Shown: positions 39,305-54,045 of the stretch, piece after piece
How positions within the stretch are numbered: position 1 is the stretch's first letter
Layout of the letters: each line of letters begins with the position of its first letter
DNA from: Lytechinus pictus
Taxonomy: Eukaryota
Assembly: GCF_037042905.1 (NCBI RefSeq)
Contig: NC_087246.1
Span: forward strand, 35,712,001-35,776,000
Reading direction: 5' to 3'
DNA length: 64,000 nucleotides
Position numbers and translations under genes: made by a program
The notes under the pieces: generated by a model
Told to the model about the DNA's origin: nothing
Seen by the model: only the letters and a program-made list of their open reading frames with translations
The model's database searches: none

Positions 39305-42300
39305 CATGTAATCATATGATTGAATAAGATACATTTGTATATAGGCATGTAACCGAGATCCTGTCCAGTGTATCATTCTAGGGTCGTAATAGCTGGACAA
39401 ACATTGCCCTTCCCAATCATTCGAGATGAAAAGATTAACATTCGAGACATGACACAAATTACATTTCGTGTCAAAAAGGATTTCGTATCAATTAATACGT
39501 ATGCCAGGAGGAATTAGTGTTCGAAATTCAAAGCAACGTGTCTGATAACAGGCAAGATTATAGGTTGGTATTCACTATCTTCTTAAAATGGTTAAAGAAA
39601 TCTATCCAAACTTTACCCGGCGATCATTATCCACCTGGAAAAAGGAAAGGGCGGGTCTCCGGAGGGAGAATAGGTAAAATGTATTTAAACTGTATTAATT
39701 CATTTCTTGAAATTCATTTGTAGGTCCTTTAAAATCTTTCGAGGTCCAAAGCACAAAAGACACACGAACAAATTCAATGTATAAGCATGAACTCGGTTCT
39801 CCTACGGGTAGTATGGTATTTACCGTGCCATATTTTCCTGAATAAAAACGAATTCATAAAAATAAAAAATAATAAAATAAAATGAGTGAGAAAGGGAGAG
39901 AGAGAAAGAAATAAATATATTCTGGTTATTCCAGTACTTTTCAAACGACCTATTAAAATGAAATAAATATATTTTGTAGAATAACGAGTAGCATAAATTG
40001 TCCATGTTGATGAATTCATCAGAAATGAAAGTAGATCAATGTTATCAGCAGATGTATTCCGTCTAAATTTTGAGAAGCACTACAAACTGCGAGGGACGAT
40101 TAAAGGTGACAGGACAGATCAGGCCCTGATTTTTCAACAATTCAAGTGCCCGATTAAAAGAAAATCCATTATAATTATCAAATAATGAGCAAGCTTGACA
40201 AAATAATCATTAAAATTGTCTGGGTTTGATTACTGAATTTAATTCACAATTATTAGTAGTCCAAACATGGGAAAGTGTGTGTGCTGCGCTTTGTGACCGA
40301 AAGGAAACTAAATGATTATTGGATTGGATCAGATGAAGCATGAGAACAGAACCTCATAAACACTAAAAATATACAGCGAAAACAGATTTTCTGACGTCAT
40401 TCGCTTTCATAATTCGGTCATTGACTTAGATCAAGGCTTAATTAACACCATGATAGACCTTAGCCTCCATTTTTAAGGTGGAAATAAGCTGTTTCAGTAT
40501 ACATGCGTACATTGTTTGTATTGCATTTAATGCAAGGTTAATACTGTCTGTTCTTAATATTCTTTAACCTAGTAGAAGGTTTTAACCGACTCTGATCTAC
40601 TGAGAAATAGGCGTAATAATTGCTGAGAATTTTGTCCCCCTTTTCCTTTTCCCTCTATCTACCTTCCGTAACACAACCTTTTCCTGCATTTTCCAGCTCA
40701 TCCGTATTCTCACACACACACACACCCTCACCCACGCACGTGACTTGTACACACTCTCCTCCCCTCTCGTCATTCCTCTTTTCAACTTCTTCTGCTCTGT
40801 AATACAATTTCTCCTTATACGACTCTCCTGATACAGAGTTTTATTTCCCCTCAAATGTTGTTCTACTGATGTGAGGATGAGTGTATTGGTGAAGATGAGG
40901 GTGTGCGGAAGGGAGAGAGTGCGTTGGACTGTTTGTTTGAAATGATATTTTAGAGGATTTCGAACTATAAAACATGGATCATTATCATTATTNNNNNNNN
41001 NNNNNNNNNNNNNNNNNNNNNNNNNNNNNNNNNNNNNNNNNNNNNNNNNNNNNNNNNNNNNNNNNNNNNNNNNNNNNNNNNNNNNNNNNNNNNNNNNNNN
41101 NNNNNNNNNNNNNNNNNNNNNNNNNNNNNNNNNNNNNNNGGAGATCATACTGAGATAACTTTACATTTGATATCAACTGCATATTCTAGTAAATAACTAA
41201 ATGTAGATTTTCTCAGTTCTGCTACCACATGTATATCATTATTATGTATATAGTATCCGTTATAATTGAAACTTCAGAAAAGCAGATTGAGGAAGTTTGA
41301 ACATAGGACATGTAAAATTCCTTTATTAGTAAATGAATTTCTCCTTACCTAATGATATTATATTATATAGCCTTATAGAGGGGGAGTAAAACTTCCCTCA
41401 TTACTTATTTGCGATCTGCAATAAGTCGAAGCTGAATTCATGATGTGATCTTAGATACTTGGTACACGAGACGCCGCTGTGCTATTGCACCAAGAACAGA
41501 ATACGTGATTGAGTTACACGCGATTAACACGGATTATCTCTGGTTTATGGAGATTTCCGTTTCCATGGTGCTAATCTTGATGAAGGACAGGTAGATAGTC
41601 GTCTCTTATTCGTTGCATATTAGACAGGTGGGCGTGTCAGTCTACACATTAGCGAGTACGGCTGATAGCTGAGAATCCAATTCATGTTTGCTCTAAATTT
41701 CTATACGAACATTTTATTAAATTAATAACATTGTTTGGCGTTCATTCTTTCATTGTAGGACCATGGGGGCTAGATATGGCGTTTCGGGAAAATTAACGAG
41801 CAGCGAGCAAAAAAATTGACATTTTTATCTAAAAATAAAATTTTGTGATAATTGTGTTATATAATATTATCTCTTTCCTTTTCTTTCCTATTCTCTTTTT
41901 TTCTTAGAGATTTTTTTTTTGGGGGACCCTCAAGACCCCCCCCCCCCCTTCTGTACGCCAATGCATTCAAGTAAATCTCTTTGAATTTTTATCGTTGCTA
42001 CCTGCAGGAATAGCTGCTGTTTCTAAACCTGTTGGTAAGCTGACGTAAGTGGCAGCAAACAGACACGATGAAATGGCGAGATTTAATTTGGTGAAAGAGA
42101 GGTGATAAATGAACTACAATATTTGTGGAGGGGTAATTATTATTTCAGCATTTCAACATTTTCCGTTTGGTAGTGATCACTTTTAATCATTACTTTTCAT
42201 GGATAACATTTTGACTTCAAATGGCTTCGACAAAAGCAAAAAGAAAAAAAATGCATAATTTGGCGAAGGTCCATCAAATAGGAAAAGAGTTGTCAATTCA

Positions 42301-43873
42301 TTTTCGAATATTCAATTCAATTCAATTCAATTCATTTATTTGACATCCTTTAAAAACATATGTACAAGTATACAACAACAAAGGAGTACAATAATTTAAA
42401 TCACAGTATAAGCGATAAAAAATTGTCAAAATATAAAAGAAATGAAAATAAAATATTCATATTCATGATTAATTGCACAAAGGGGAATACACTATAAACA
42501 TTATTCATGATGACCTCCATTGATATAAATAAGATTTATTGAGAATGTATAATGAGAAATCCATTGCCAAAATTATTTACGCATAGCGTTGATGCATCTT
42601 ATCTCAGGAAATGCACAAGAGATATGATTTAGAATTGAAAAATAGATCATACTAAACCAAACTGCCAACTTATTCCACATTAGTCAACGGTTTGTTCTAT
42701 TTTCACAAGTGGAAAGGGGAAATAAAGAGGCTTCATCAAGAGGGGCCCACTCTACATACTAAACCATGTTAGCAATCAGACATGTCTTGATGTTTTTAAT
42801 ATCACGTTTTGAAATTATCTTATGAATCATTTACCCCTCTTTCTTTTTCTCATTTTGACCTGATTAGTTTATCCCTCACGAATGAATTTAGCCATTTGTC
42901 GCCCTAACTTTCTTCCACCCTTCTCTCTTTCTAGAAAAGAAAATACATTACATTCACTTATCTATCTTAACCCATTTGCAATTTCCTTGTTGTCTTTATT
43001 TTCTTCTGTTTCATTTCGTATTTCTTTGTTTCAATCAAACCATCGAGAAATGATGCAACTACTGTTCGTATATGCCTATGATTGGTGTGTGTGTGTGTAG
43101 GGGGGGGGGGGGGACGCTGTCATTACTAAGAGGGCACCATGCTCATATCTCTCTCTGTCAAGTAGCTCCATGCCCATAACAAAATTCCACTCATGAGGTA
43201 GGCCTTAGCAAAAAAGGTTATCAAAATCAAGGAAAGGTGTATATTTTCAACCCTCTTTGGGCTATCGGTGCATTCTTTTTTCCTTCTCTCTGTGCTCTCT
43301 CTCTCTCCCTCCCCCTCTCTCTCTTGCCTTCTCTCCCCTACACACCCACATACACACATATCCTAACCTGCATTTTTTTTTATTTAGCACTTCAATTTGT
43401 TTTCCTTAGCTCTTCATAACATGTATCTATTGCTTGTTAACTCTCATTTCTTCAGTCTCTTTCATCCCTTTCTTTCTTCCACCCTAGGTTTCTGCATGTG
43501 CCATGCTTCAACGAAAACCAGTGCGGCGTCTATCACATTCTTTTGTAACAAACGAAATGACCATAAAATAAAACGTATACATTTCCATTTTTTAAACTTG
43601 GTAACCTTTTAATGCCGATTTCGTTCAAAACCAAAATATACAAAAATACATCATTTTCAAACACTAATTATATGAACATTGCGAATAAGAGTATCCAAGC
43701 AAATAATGCTCTACTGCAGTATCTTATAAAACACCAAAAATGAAAACAATATTGTTAAATAAACTATGAACGTAAAGAATTCGCACACAAATGCACGCAA
43801 GACATTTGCCAGTCAGGATCTTGCTATTCAAAGACGATACATCCCGGAAAGATTGATGAGGGAATAAGTGGCT

Positions 43874-46158
43874 CTACTGGAAGGCTTTAGCCCGTCCGGC
43901 TGGAGTGGGGAACTCGATCTCTGGTCTCTCTGCCCCCTCGGTGGCAGGCTCCGTTGTAGTGGTGGGTGCTGTCGTTGCCATTGATTGTTGTTTCCTGAGT
44001 TCTGCAACATTTAAAGGGAGAACAAACAAAGCATTGGAAACTCGGCGTAGATGTACAAATTAGATTAAATTTTAAGTAATAGCTTATTTCTTCTGTATTG
44101 GGAGATGATGATAGAATCCTCATTGACATTAGCTTCCTTTGTATTTTCATGCACTGATCGATTTTTTTTTAAACTGAGAAATCGTACTTTCATTTTGTCA
44201 AACTCAATGTTCATTTTGTTGAAACATAATTTAAACTTTAGAATCTTTCAATTGAATGAGACGGTATAATTTTATTTCATGTGTTATCATTATCATCATT
44301 AATATTATTGCTATTATCATTATTATCATTATCACCATCAGCAACAACATCATCAAACTTACTAGCATTATTATACTTAGAATTTCTATCATTGTTTTAT
44401 TGTTGTTATTATTGTTAGAATTAGTTATATATTTTAGTATTATTGTTTCCTTTTTAAAGAGTTCATTAATATGATTATGGCCATGTTTTTGTTTTCATTT
44501 TTGTTCCGGATTTAAAAATAATAAAATATGAAACTGAAAAATAGAACACTCACTGGAGCAGAAATCGACGACCTGAGGTTCATATTCACTGCAAACCAGC
44601 TCCATAGCTGCACAGTCTCCTTTTACAATCTCTATTTTGGAATCTTTCATGTAGCAAATGCCGCCACCATTCGCCATGTCGAGGTAGTCTTCAACGATGT
44701 CACCGTTGTAACCTGCCATCTCAAACTGTTCGGCGTAGTCGTGGACGTGGTCGATGACCTCGGAGTCGCAACGGTAACCTTCGCCTTGTTTCTTCTCCAT
44801 GTATCCAGGACAAGACTTGATGAGATGCTCGTTGACACTCAATTCTAAAAGGAAAGATATGGTTCGTGATGTTCATTGTGTTATTGTAGGAGAATATAAA
44901 GACATGAATAGGGAATATTTACCAGGGGCCCGTTGCAGAAAGAGTTGCAATCAATCGCAACTCTAAAAATCATGCGCAACTTGATTTTCAACCAATTAAC
45001 AGCGCGCATTTGGGACTTGCGATTGATTTTTTGGGTTTGCGTTTAATGCAACTCTTTCTGCAACAGGCCCCAGAAAAGGTAAGACAATAATAAAGGAGTG
45101 GTGGGTTAAAGTAGGATAAGTAGTAGTAGTGTAAGCAGTAATAAAATCAAATCATTGAATATGTATTCCTTAATTATAAATAGATCTCATGCATCGAATG
45201 TATGCTAGCAACAAGATCCGGCACTCACATCACCTACAGTTTATGCATTATCTTAAAGAAAGCCAATTTTGATTGTATCATGAGTGAATTACAGTAATTT
45301 ATGGATGTATGGATCATAAATATTCTCTTTTCAAGCTATTCAACGTCTTTATTTGCACAGATACTATTTGTTAGATTCTCATCTACTGAATTCAGAAAAA
45401 AAATCGGTGGAGTGTTTTTTTTTTTTACAAATGTTTAATGATTTTTTTAGATATCTTATGTAATTAGTTTTCGTCTTTTTTCGATAAGCTCATCTGCGGC
45501 ATCCTCGCACGTGATAAACGTTTATGACACGAAACGGGGGGGGGGGTTCCGCCCCTTGTTAATATACTTACTGAAGGCTTCTGAGAGGCCAATACATGAT
45601 ACTGACAGAAGACACAGTGAGATGACCAGCTTCATCTGAATAGGGTAAAGAAATGAAAAATACCATCTATAAAGGTAGAACTAACGGATGTTTTGAACAT
45701 GAATAATCCAAATTCCCCCCCCCCCCCGTACATGACGAAAGTATAATACATGATTGAATGTATTCCAATAAAGGTTGTGTATAACACTGTCATCAAGGGT
45801 GGGTGGACGGAGTATTCAAGTATTATGAATCTATTGAATTATAATCACTTGAATTCATTGAAGTATCATGTTTGATGTAAGCTGCCAGGGGCTGAAAAAT
45901 TTCATTTCATTTATATCTAGCAAAGTAATTACATTTTGTACGTCAAAACATTATGAAACAAGATTAAAGAAATGGAACAATTCAAACAAGATTTACCGAT
46001 TTGAAATTACAAAAAACGTGGAAGGAACTGTCCAAAGTGCGAGTCAAGAATAATCTTTTATGAAAAATATAAATAGCTAAATATTCCATGGTAAAAAGAA
46101 CTAACAAAGAAAATAAAGAAATGATTATATAACTTCCTGTATTTACCGTTGTTGCCAT
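43874..46158 (-). CDS. Six-Cys secreted family gene D (164 aa; acidic domain, Thr-rich tail)
   Basis: Exons 46147-46158 (MATT), 45572-45635 (MKLVISLCLLSVSCIGLSEAF), 44554-44844 (domain) and 43874-44001 (KLRKQQSMATTAPTTTTEPATEGAERPEIEFPTPAGRAKAFQ*). All GT-AG and in frame. Confidence 0.87.
44923..45073. mobile_element. Short palindromic MITE in intron 2 of D
   Basis: ggggcccgttgcagaaagagttgc ... gcaactctttctgcaacaggcccc. Confidence 0.8.
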
Positions 46159-46240
46159 GTTGATGATAGTCTCTAGCTACTTTGACGCAGATCCTCACTT
46201 TCTTATTTTAAGGTTCCTTAGTATTTTGTCGTCTTCAGTG

Positions 46241-46276
46241 GAATGATGAAGAGTGGGGAGCGACCTGATATTTATA
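46241..46276 (-). promoter_or_regulatory. TATA + Inr of gene D
   Basis: TATAAATAT..CAGGTCG, then TCATTC 32 nt from the TATA; same layout as gene E. Confidence 0.65.
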
Positions 46277-48449
46277 CAATTTAAACCGGAACTAGCTAAA
46301 ACAAAGTTCGAAGTTAATTCATTCATTGAAAACAAATATTCTTGAAAAATGGCTACATGTGTTTGATTTAAAATAATAAGGCTCTGAGCAAGGTTGTTAT
46401 GTTGATGCATAGCTGCAGACAAAGACTACTATGTCCACGTCTTATGTCGACCGCCTCTATTGAGCTTTGCGAATAATCCACTAGCCTTCATTCGATTCCC
46501 CCAAATCATTAGTTTTCTGTATACGAATATTAATCTCCTCTCGACCTTTGAGCTTAAACTTCGAGTGCGTGGACACATTTTGTCAAGTAGGAACATCATG
46601 GCATCACTTTGAAATTGTATTTCAACAAATGCATTCGTGGTCAATATAGGCGTGGTCAAAAATTAAAGAAAACTGACAACAATAATCAACTAAACAAGTA
46701 ACAGCAATCACAGGCTTTGAATTTGTCATTACATTGTCACGGTTACGCACTTGATGAAGTTCACTCATATATTCATGTGACTAACTAATGTTTGTTCGGT
46801 CGATGATCGTTCCTATGCCTGATGAATGCCTATGTGACGAGTATTTGAAATTAATGCCCAAACCTTCACGGATGGTAATTTCCGCCAAAATTTATGTGGT
46901 TATTAAGTCATTTTTGTTACCGTCATTTGAATAATCATTATCACTGTTGGTTGTTGTTTATTTTCTGTTTGTTTGTTTGTTTATTTCTCTTTCAATTAAT
47001 GTGGCCCTTATGTCCGCCTTCATAGGGATTGGCGTTAATTCCCAGATTCGCTTCGTGGTATATGAAGGACATGAATTGATGCTAAACAGAGTACTTAGCA
47101 CGTTTACTTTCTGCATAATGAAGGGAGGGACTGTACACACCCAAGAAACCCTGACAGGTGGTGTAGAACGAAAGATTATGGGGGCAGCTTTCTTACTAGC
47201 AAACCTGAAACACGAAGGATAAAACGTGGTTAAACTTGAATTACATATGTGTTTTAATGAAAATGTATAACTTTATAAAAACATTAATTTATTTCACAGA
47301 TACATGCTTCCATTCTAAGGCTTTACGATCAGCTAATTTGACGGCGCTAAGAAGGCATTAGCCTCTGGTCGAGGCTTTGGCGGCTGATAAATAAATATAC
47401 TCTAACTCGTAAAGCGAGAAGGCCTGGCGAGCGGACCTCGTTCGCGACTTAGGGTATCTCTCGCTTCGCTTGGGATATAATGGACAAACCAGGAGCAGCC
47501 GCCAGGACCTCGACAAGAGGGTCAGAAGGCATCTGCACGGAGTTCGTAAGGCGTTCGTATGCCATACGTATAATTAAGGGAAATGATTGACTAATCCGTC
47601 AATATCTTGACACATTGCGGATGACCTTTTTTTTCTGAAACCCCATATTTCGAACTAACACGTTTACAAGTATTCAGATAAAAATATTAATCTAATGATG
47701 ACCATAGTCAACTGTTCATGGTAGTATAGTAGGAATATAGCGTTTTAAAAATATATATTTGTTTAAAGAAGTTTACCCTGACGAAAATTTTGTTGTAAAA
47801 ATACCAGACAAAAGTGATGAGAATATTGGTGATGGTTTGAGGAAATTCATCAAAGATTAAGGAAGTTAGGTGACTTTTTAATTTTTGATTTGTGACTTCA
47901 TATGCGATATGCTGCATATGTTATGTAATATATAATGCATAAATTTATTTTTTCAGTGGTTCATGATGACTGGGGTTTTTCAGGAGCGGCTGTGAAATAA
48001 GTTTTCTGTCGAAGGTACAATAAAAACTAATTTAAATTTCTTGAGTGTCTCAATAGATGAGAATCTCAGTTGAAGTGCACACATTAAAGTTCCAAAATTC
48101 CCAAAAGTGTCGGTGCAATGAATCGCCTTAAGAATATAAATTTAGTTCCAAAACAAGTTCTATTATATTTGTATTATTCAATGGTCTTTCCATGTATCAC
48201 TTATACTCTTGTATTGTATGGGGAACACACTGTGCCAATTACCTATTAGATCGTTTAAACTACGAAAAAAAAATGTACCGTCCCTATCATTAGCAATGAA
48301 AATGTAGTTTCCCACTTTGCTATTATTTTAAAAAAATATATGGATCCTCACTGAATTGTATCAACTATAGGTCGCTTTATTAAAAAACATCTTGCCTTCG
48401 AATTTCAGTGTATCTTTCAGGGCTAATATCTATTTCCATGTTTATGTTA

Positions 48450-48646
48450 CACTCTTAAAAAGGATGGGCAGTATACTGTCCACAAAACAATTGGTCAAAA
48501 CGTTATAGTTCTGGGTACTAGTTTTAAACCAATAATGTGTGCTTTGGTTGAAAACTACACTGTATACGTTGAAAACTAACCAGAGTTGGATATTTTTTTT
48601 AACCAACTGTTGTGTGGACAGGATGTTGCCCAACATTTTAAGAGTG
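48450..48646. mobile_element. TA-flanked MITE (CACTCTTAAAA termini)
   Basis: cactcttaaaaaggatgggca ... tgcccaacattttaagagtg. Confidence 0.75.
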
Positions 48647-49148
48647 TACAAGGACCATTATCCACTTACACTTGTCATTATACAAATATTAATTTTCTCG
48701 TACAACTACATCCTTTGTTGGAACAAAATGTTGGAATCGCATATCAAATGTTATCAAAAAATGACCCAATTTGGTCAGTATATTGTCTTTCAAAATACAC
48801 ATGTATAAGTATAAATTGTATCTTTTCGCTCGATCTCAAAAATGCACTGAGATGACCTTTTCCAACTCAAATATTGTTTGTTTTATTTTAATTGTTGTTT
48901 TATTCTAATTAACAACTCAATGATTTTAATAATATTATTTCGGGGACTATAGCCTCAGATAGGCCCTTGGCATTTGCTAGTTCCCCCTTACTCTTAATTG
49001 TTATATGTTCACATTATTGTGTATCTTTTTATTTTAATATTTGTTTTGCAAATTTCGATTGTATTTGATGTTTTTATTGAAATTATGAAAATGAATACAT
49101 TTTATTGAATTGTACATTAGAGATGAAAATCATATATATTATATCATG

Positions 49149-50144
49149 CAGGGGCGTCGATCCATTTTTCGGATTGGGGGGGCAAAATCATGAATCAACA
49201 GTCCAAAGGCGNNNNNNNNNNNNNNNNNNNNNNNNNNNNNNNNNNNNNNNNNNNNNNNNNNNNNNNNNNNNNNNNNNNNNNNNNNNNNNNNNNNNNNNNN
49301 NNNNNNNNNNNNNNNNNNNNNNNNNNNNNNNNNNNNNNNNNNNNNNNNNNNNNNNNNNNNNNNNNNNNNNNNNNNNNNNNNNNNNNNNNNNNNNNNNNNN
49401 NNNNNNNNNNNNNNNNNNNNNNNNNNNNNNNNNNNNNGACATGTATCTCACCAACAAATTAATGCGAGCGCGAAGCGCGAGCTGAACATTTTTAGTATAC
49501 TGATCGACCTTAAAACAGGAAAAGCGTACCTGTTTAGGACTGTTTGTATAGTAACTCATGAGGAGGATACATATCTCACTACACAGATAATGCGAGTGCC
49601 GAGAGCGAGCTGAAATTTCTTTATATTCTGACCTGAAAGCTTGATATTCTAAGCATTTTTGGTACCAATGATTAAGATTGGTATCTAAAAGAACAAATCT
49701 CTCTCTAAAAGCTCGCATATTTCGATCTGAAAAAAATGACAGATTAATGGACTTTTTTTTATAAAGAACAAGATATATATCCAACAAAATATTATTGCAA
49801 ATCGAAGCGGGAGTTATTTTGAGGGTTAGAACTGAAAACGGGACATTCTATTCACCTATTTAATCATTAAAAGTATGGGTTTTTGCTATAGAAATGATGC
49901 GAGCGCGCAGCGCGAGCTGAAAATTTTTGTATTCCAATCTGAAAAGCGGACATTTTGAGCACGATTTGGAATAGAGAACGAGTTGTGTATCTCAATCTCG
50001 CTTGCTGAACATTACAATCTTATTTTATTTTTGCACAACTGGAATTATTGGGGGGGGGGGGCAAAACGATATGTTTGCCCCCCCCCCCAATATTTTCATT
50101 GGTGGGGCGATCGCCCCCCTGCCCCCCCAGGATCGACGCCTCTG
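49149..50144. mobile_element. hAT-type non-autonomous element (spans an N gap)
   Basis: caggggcgtcgatcc ... ggatcgacgcctctg with 8-bp TSD ATATCATG. Confidence 0.85.
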
Positions 50145-50815
50145 ATATCATGTGATAAAATAAATGAATTATTAAGTTGTGTATTCACTGTGTGAAACTG
50201 AGAATATTACAATATTTACTTTTATAATGATAATCACGTGTTTATTCCTCCTGGATCATGTATTTCATTCTTATCACCAAATACGTAAATAAGAATAGTA
50301 TATTCAAGCTAATTTTAAAAATACCAATGGAGAGTGAGAATGTGATACTTTTAGTTCCCTCATTTGGATACAACAAACAGCCAAACTTTTACTGAACTTT
50401 TGAGTCATGAAAAATTGCATAACTTCGCTTTCAATAAAGTTTTTAAAAAACTTTTTCGCCAATGTGTTTGGATGCAACAAACGGGCCAGACTTTCATTGA
50501 ATTTTTTTGCGTCATAATAATTGCAAAACTTCCCTTTTGATAAAGTATTTTAAAAAACTATTTCGTCAATGTATTTGTGTCCCAAGCCACCCTGATTCTG
50601 CGTGAGGAGTGAATTTGGTGAAGAAGGAAAAAAATTGGTTTTATTCTGCTCAATTTTCATTATAACAATGAGGGAAAAATTGTTTAATTAACGATTTTCT
50701 TAACAAATTGCCACAATTAGATAATGATATGGGTCTTTCATAGCCCAAGATGGAATTCTTTTTAATCAATTGCATTCGCTCATTTGTTAAATAGTTTGAT
50801 ATTGATAAAACAAGA

Positions 50816-53735
50816 TTTTTTTTTTTTTTTCTTTCAATAGCATTTATTTAATCATCTGTATATACATTTCACATTTATATCAAAATACATTAAACATAAT
50901 CAAATAATACATACGGAAGACGATACAAAGATTTACCAGTACAGTTTTTGTTCATTTCTAGTCTCCTACGCAATTCTGATTTAAATAAAAACGTTAGATT
51001 TGATGGTCTATTGTCTACTTTCCTGTAATTACGTAACAAAATTGATTTATACACAGTCCAAAAAGCTACATTCATGATATCATCTAGTTCTTTGTGCTCG
51101 TTATTTTTTATCAAAAAATCGACATCGATAATAACGTGTTTATTGAAGGCTTTTTTAATCAGCCAAATTATATATGACCAAAAATTTTGATTTAATTTAC
51201 AAGTGATCAAGGCATGTGTTATGTCCTCTTCTACATGGCAACTATTACAATAAGCATCTTCACTTATACGCCATTTACATTAATTTCTTTTCACAGGCAC
51301 TAAATTATATAGTATTTTGAAATTAAATGATCTAAGTTTATTTTCTTTTACTGTTAACAAGTTTCTCTCGAAACAAGTATTCCAGACTATACTCTTTTTC
51401 GAAATATTTTCCCAAAAGAAACAACAACGTGAATTTGACCCTTCATGACGTATAGCATAATTGTAAAAGTATCTTGAAGGTACGTGGTCCAGACATTTTA
51501 CTGAGTTACCTATTTTTAGTTTGGGTTTATCAAGATGCGCAGATCTTTGTAGGTTCTCAATAATAGATTTTGATAGCCAAATTTTAGGTATAGCTTGCCT
51601 CAGTTTTGAATAATAAAAAATGACAGATCTTTTACTATTTTTAAACTTCAACATAGATGAAATTTCGGATACATCTTTAAAGCCTCCATTAACATTCAAA
51701 ATGTCTTCCAAGTATATTATTCCACTACTGTACCATTCCTTGAAAAATAGTGGTGATTTATTAAAAACAATATAATGATTAAACCATAAAATATTTTCTA
51801 CCTCATGTTCTTTTCTGAATAATATTTCTTTATCAATCAGACTCCAAGCTCGAATTATTTCAACATAAAATGGAGGTATTTTCTTATCAAACAATGGGGT
51901 AACATTGTGAACCCGAAAGTCGCTATTCAAGATTAGATTAAGAGTTCCAAAACGCTCAAACCAATAATTTCCAAGTGTTTTCCACATAGAATTTACCTCA
52001 TTTGTTAATCTTCCTAACCATCTTAATCTAAAACTGACTACTTTCTTTTCTATGTCAACCATTTTCAGACCACCTTGTGTGTAATCTTTGATAACATCAC
52101 ATCTTCTAACCTTTTCCATTCGTGAATTCCAAAGGAATTTGAAAAACATTCTATTTAGTTTCTTAATAATTATTGATGGAACTGAATTAAACATAAGCAA
52201 ATGGACTACTTGGCTTAGTGCTAAGCATTTCACAATCGTCACTCTACCAAATAATGTCAAGTTTCTTTTACGCCAATTATCTAGGAGACGTTGCATTTTC
52301 TCTAACTTATTTTCCCAATTTGCACTGTTAGCAGATTCCACATTATTAGAGATAAAAAAGCCCAAATATTTTACCGGGTTTTCTGCCCATGTCAGGTCAA
52401 TGTCTTGTATCACCCATCGATTTTTTTTCTTACCTATCCATAAGAGTGCAGTTTTTTCTTTGTTAATTTTAGGACCGGCTACCCTCCCAAAATCTTCTAA
52501 TTCAGTTAAAATAAATTCTAATGAGCTATCGTCTCCAACAAAAAAGGTAGTATCATCTGCATACTGTAATACCTTTAACTCAAAGTGACCATTGGTTTCA
52601 TCAAAACAAACACCTCTTATAGTATCATTTTTACGTATCTTGTTTGCAAAGAATTCAGCTGCAATCACAAAAAGGAGTGCCGAAAGAGGACAGCCTTGCC
52701 GTATTCCCCTTTGCACTTGAAACTCTTCTGTTATCCTACCATTTACAATTACTGAACTTACTATTCTACTGTAAAGGACACAGATCCATTTGCGAAATTC
52801 ATCGCCAAAATTTAACTTGTCTAAGCATTTCATTATAAAAGATATATCAATACAATCAAATGCTTTGGTGAAATCAACCATCATGACCGCACCTTCAACA
52901 TTTTTTTCATGCATGTAATCTATCATATCTTTAACAATTCTTACATTGAAACCTCCTAAACGTCCTTTAATATACCCTACTTGTGTTTCCATAATAATAC
53001 TCGTTAAAACCTTTTGTAATCTTAATGCTAGAACTGTTGCAATTATTTTATAGTCGCAATTGAGTAGTGTTACTGGTCTCCAGTTCTTTAAATCATCACT
53101 GTTTCCTTTTTTATAAATCAGAGTTATGAGACCTTTTCGTTGTGAAGGCGACATCTGTCCATTACTGAATAATTCATTGAATGCACTAATTAACAACTTG
53201 CCTATTTCTTCCCAGAAAACTTGATAAAATTCGATAGGCAGTCCGTCCATACCTGGCGCTTTATTCCTCTTCATTGAGAATATAGCCTTTTTGCATTCTG
53301 CCATACTCATCAAGCCTTCACATTTATTTCTTTCATCTTGACTAAGCTTTTTCACATCTTGTGAGAACACATATTCATTCATATGATCTAGATTAATATG
53401 ATTTCTCTTATACAGATCTTCATAATACAGTTTAACTTCTCTTAAGACATGTTGTTGCTTAGTAACTACATGTCTCTTCCCATTTACTCTTAGTTGAGTA
53501 ATAAGTTTATTTTCCCCATTTTTTTTCTCAATGGATAAAAAATAATTTGTGTTTTTTTCCCCTTCTTCCATCCATCTGATCCGTGACCTTATTGCGGCAC
53601 CTTTACATTCATTTATGTATAGCTTCTCTAACTTTTCTTTAAGTTGTAGGTATTTTCCTTTTGATATATCATTATTTCGATTGTCTAAATCACATTCACA
53701 TTTGGCTAACTCAATTTCCAAAAGTTCTTTTTCAC
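50816..53735 (-). mobile_element. 5'-truncated L1/Tx1-clade LINE (reverse transcriptase + C-terminal CCHC), recent insertion
   Basis: RT motifs KAPGMDG, NWRPVTLLNCDYK, GIRQGCPLS, QYADD and KYLG; CNSC-x7-H-x4-C; one in-frame stop at 51280-51282. Poly(A) at 50816-50830; 15-bp TSD ATTGATAAAACAAGA (50801-50815, 53736-53750). No endonuclease domain. Confidence 0.95.
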
Positions 53736-53859
53736 ATTGATAAAACAAGATGCTCTGTGATGATTCACGCATAATCATAATCCGATGCAATATGACTTTT
53801 TTTCAATTCTCAAACCTCAGTTTCACCCTTTCCTGCTCCCATTCGCTTTCTCAGACACA

Positions 53860-54045
53860 CACTGCAAAAACTGCGTGTTAATTTAACACCAGTCCGGAAT
53901 CTATATATGACCAGTCCACACCAGAGAAGCGTTGAAACAACACCGGTTTGAAATTAAATCGATGCTGTTTTAACACTTATTGGTGTGGTCATATATAGAT
54001 TCCGGATTGATGTTATTAAAAATTAACACCGCAGTTTGTGCAGTG
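53860..54045. mobile_element. MITE of the same family as 10566-10812
   Basis: cactgcaaaaactgcg...cgcagtttgtgcagtg; absent from the paralogous site at ~60470. Confidence 0.8.

Noticed and set aside
37650-43800. Intergenic region between C and D searched for another family member
   Set aside because: No six-Cys or signal-peptide exon was seen by eye; the gaps could hide short pieces.
52088-52588. 166-aa plus-strand ORF inside the LINE
   Set aside because: An antisense shadow of the RT coding sequence, with no independent features.
53736-53790. Start of the 836-aa RT ORF (MHRIMIMRESSQSILFYQ)
   Set aside because: It lies in the TSD and flanking DNA, so this is chance read-through into a 5'-truncated LINE, not a real start or a domesticated gene.
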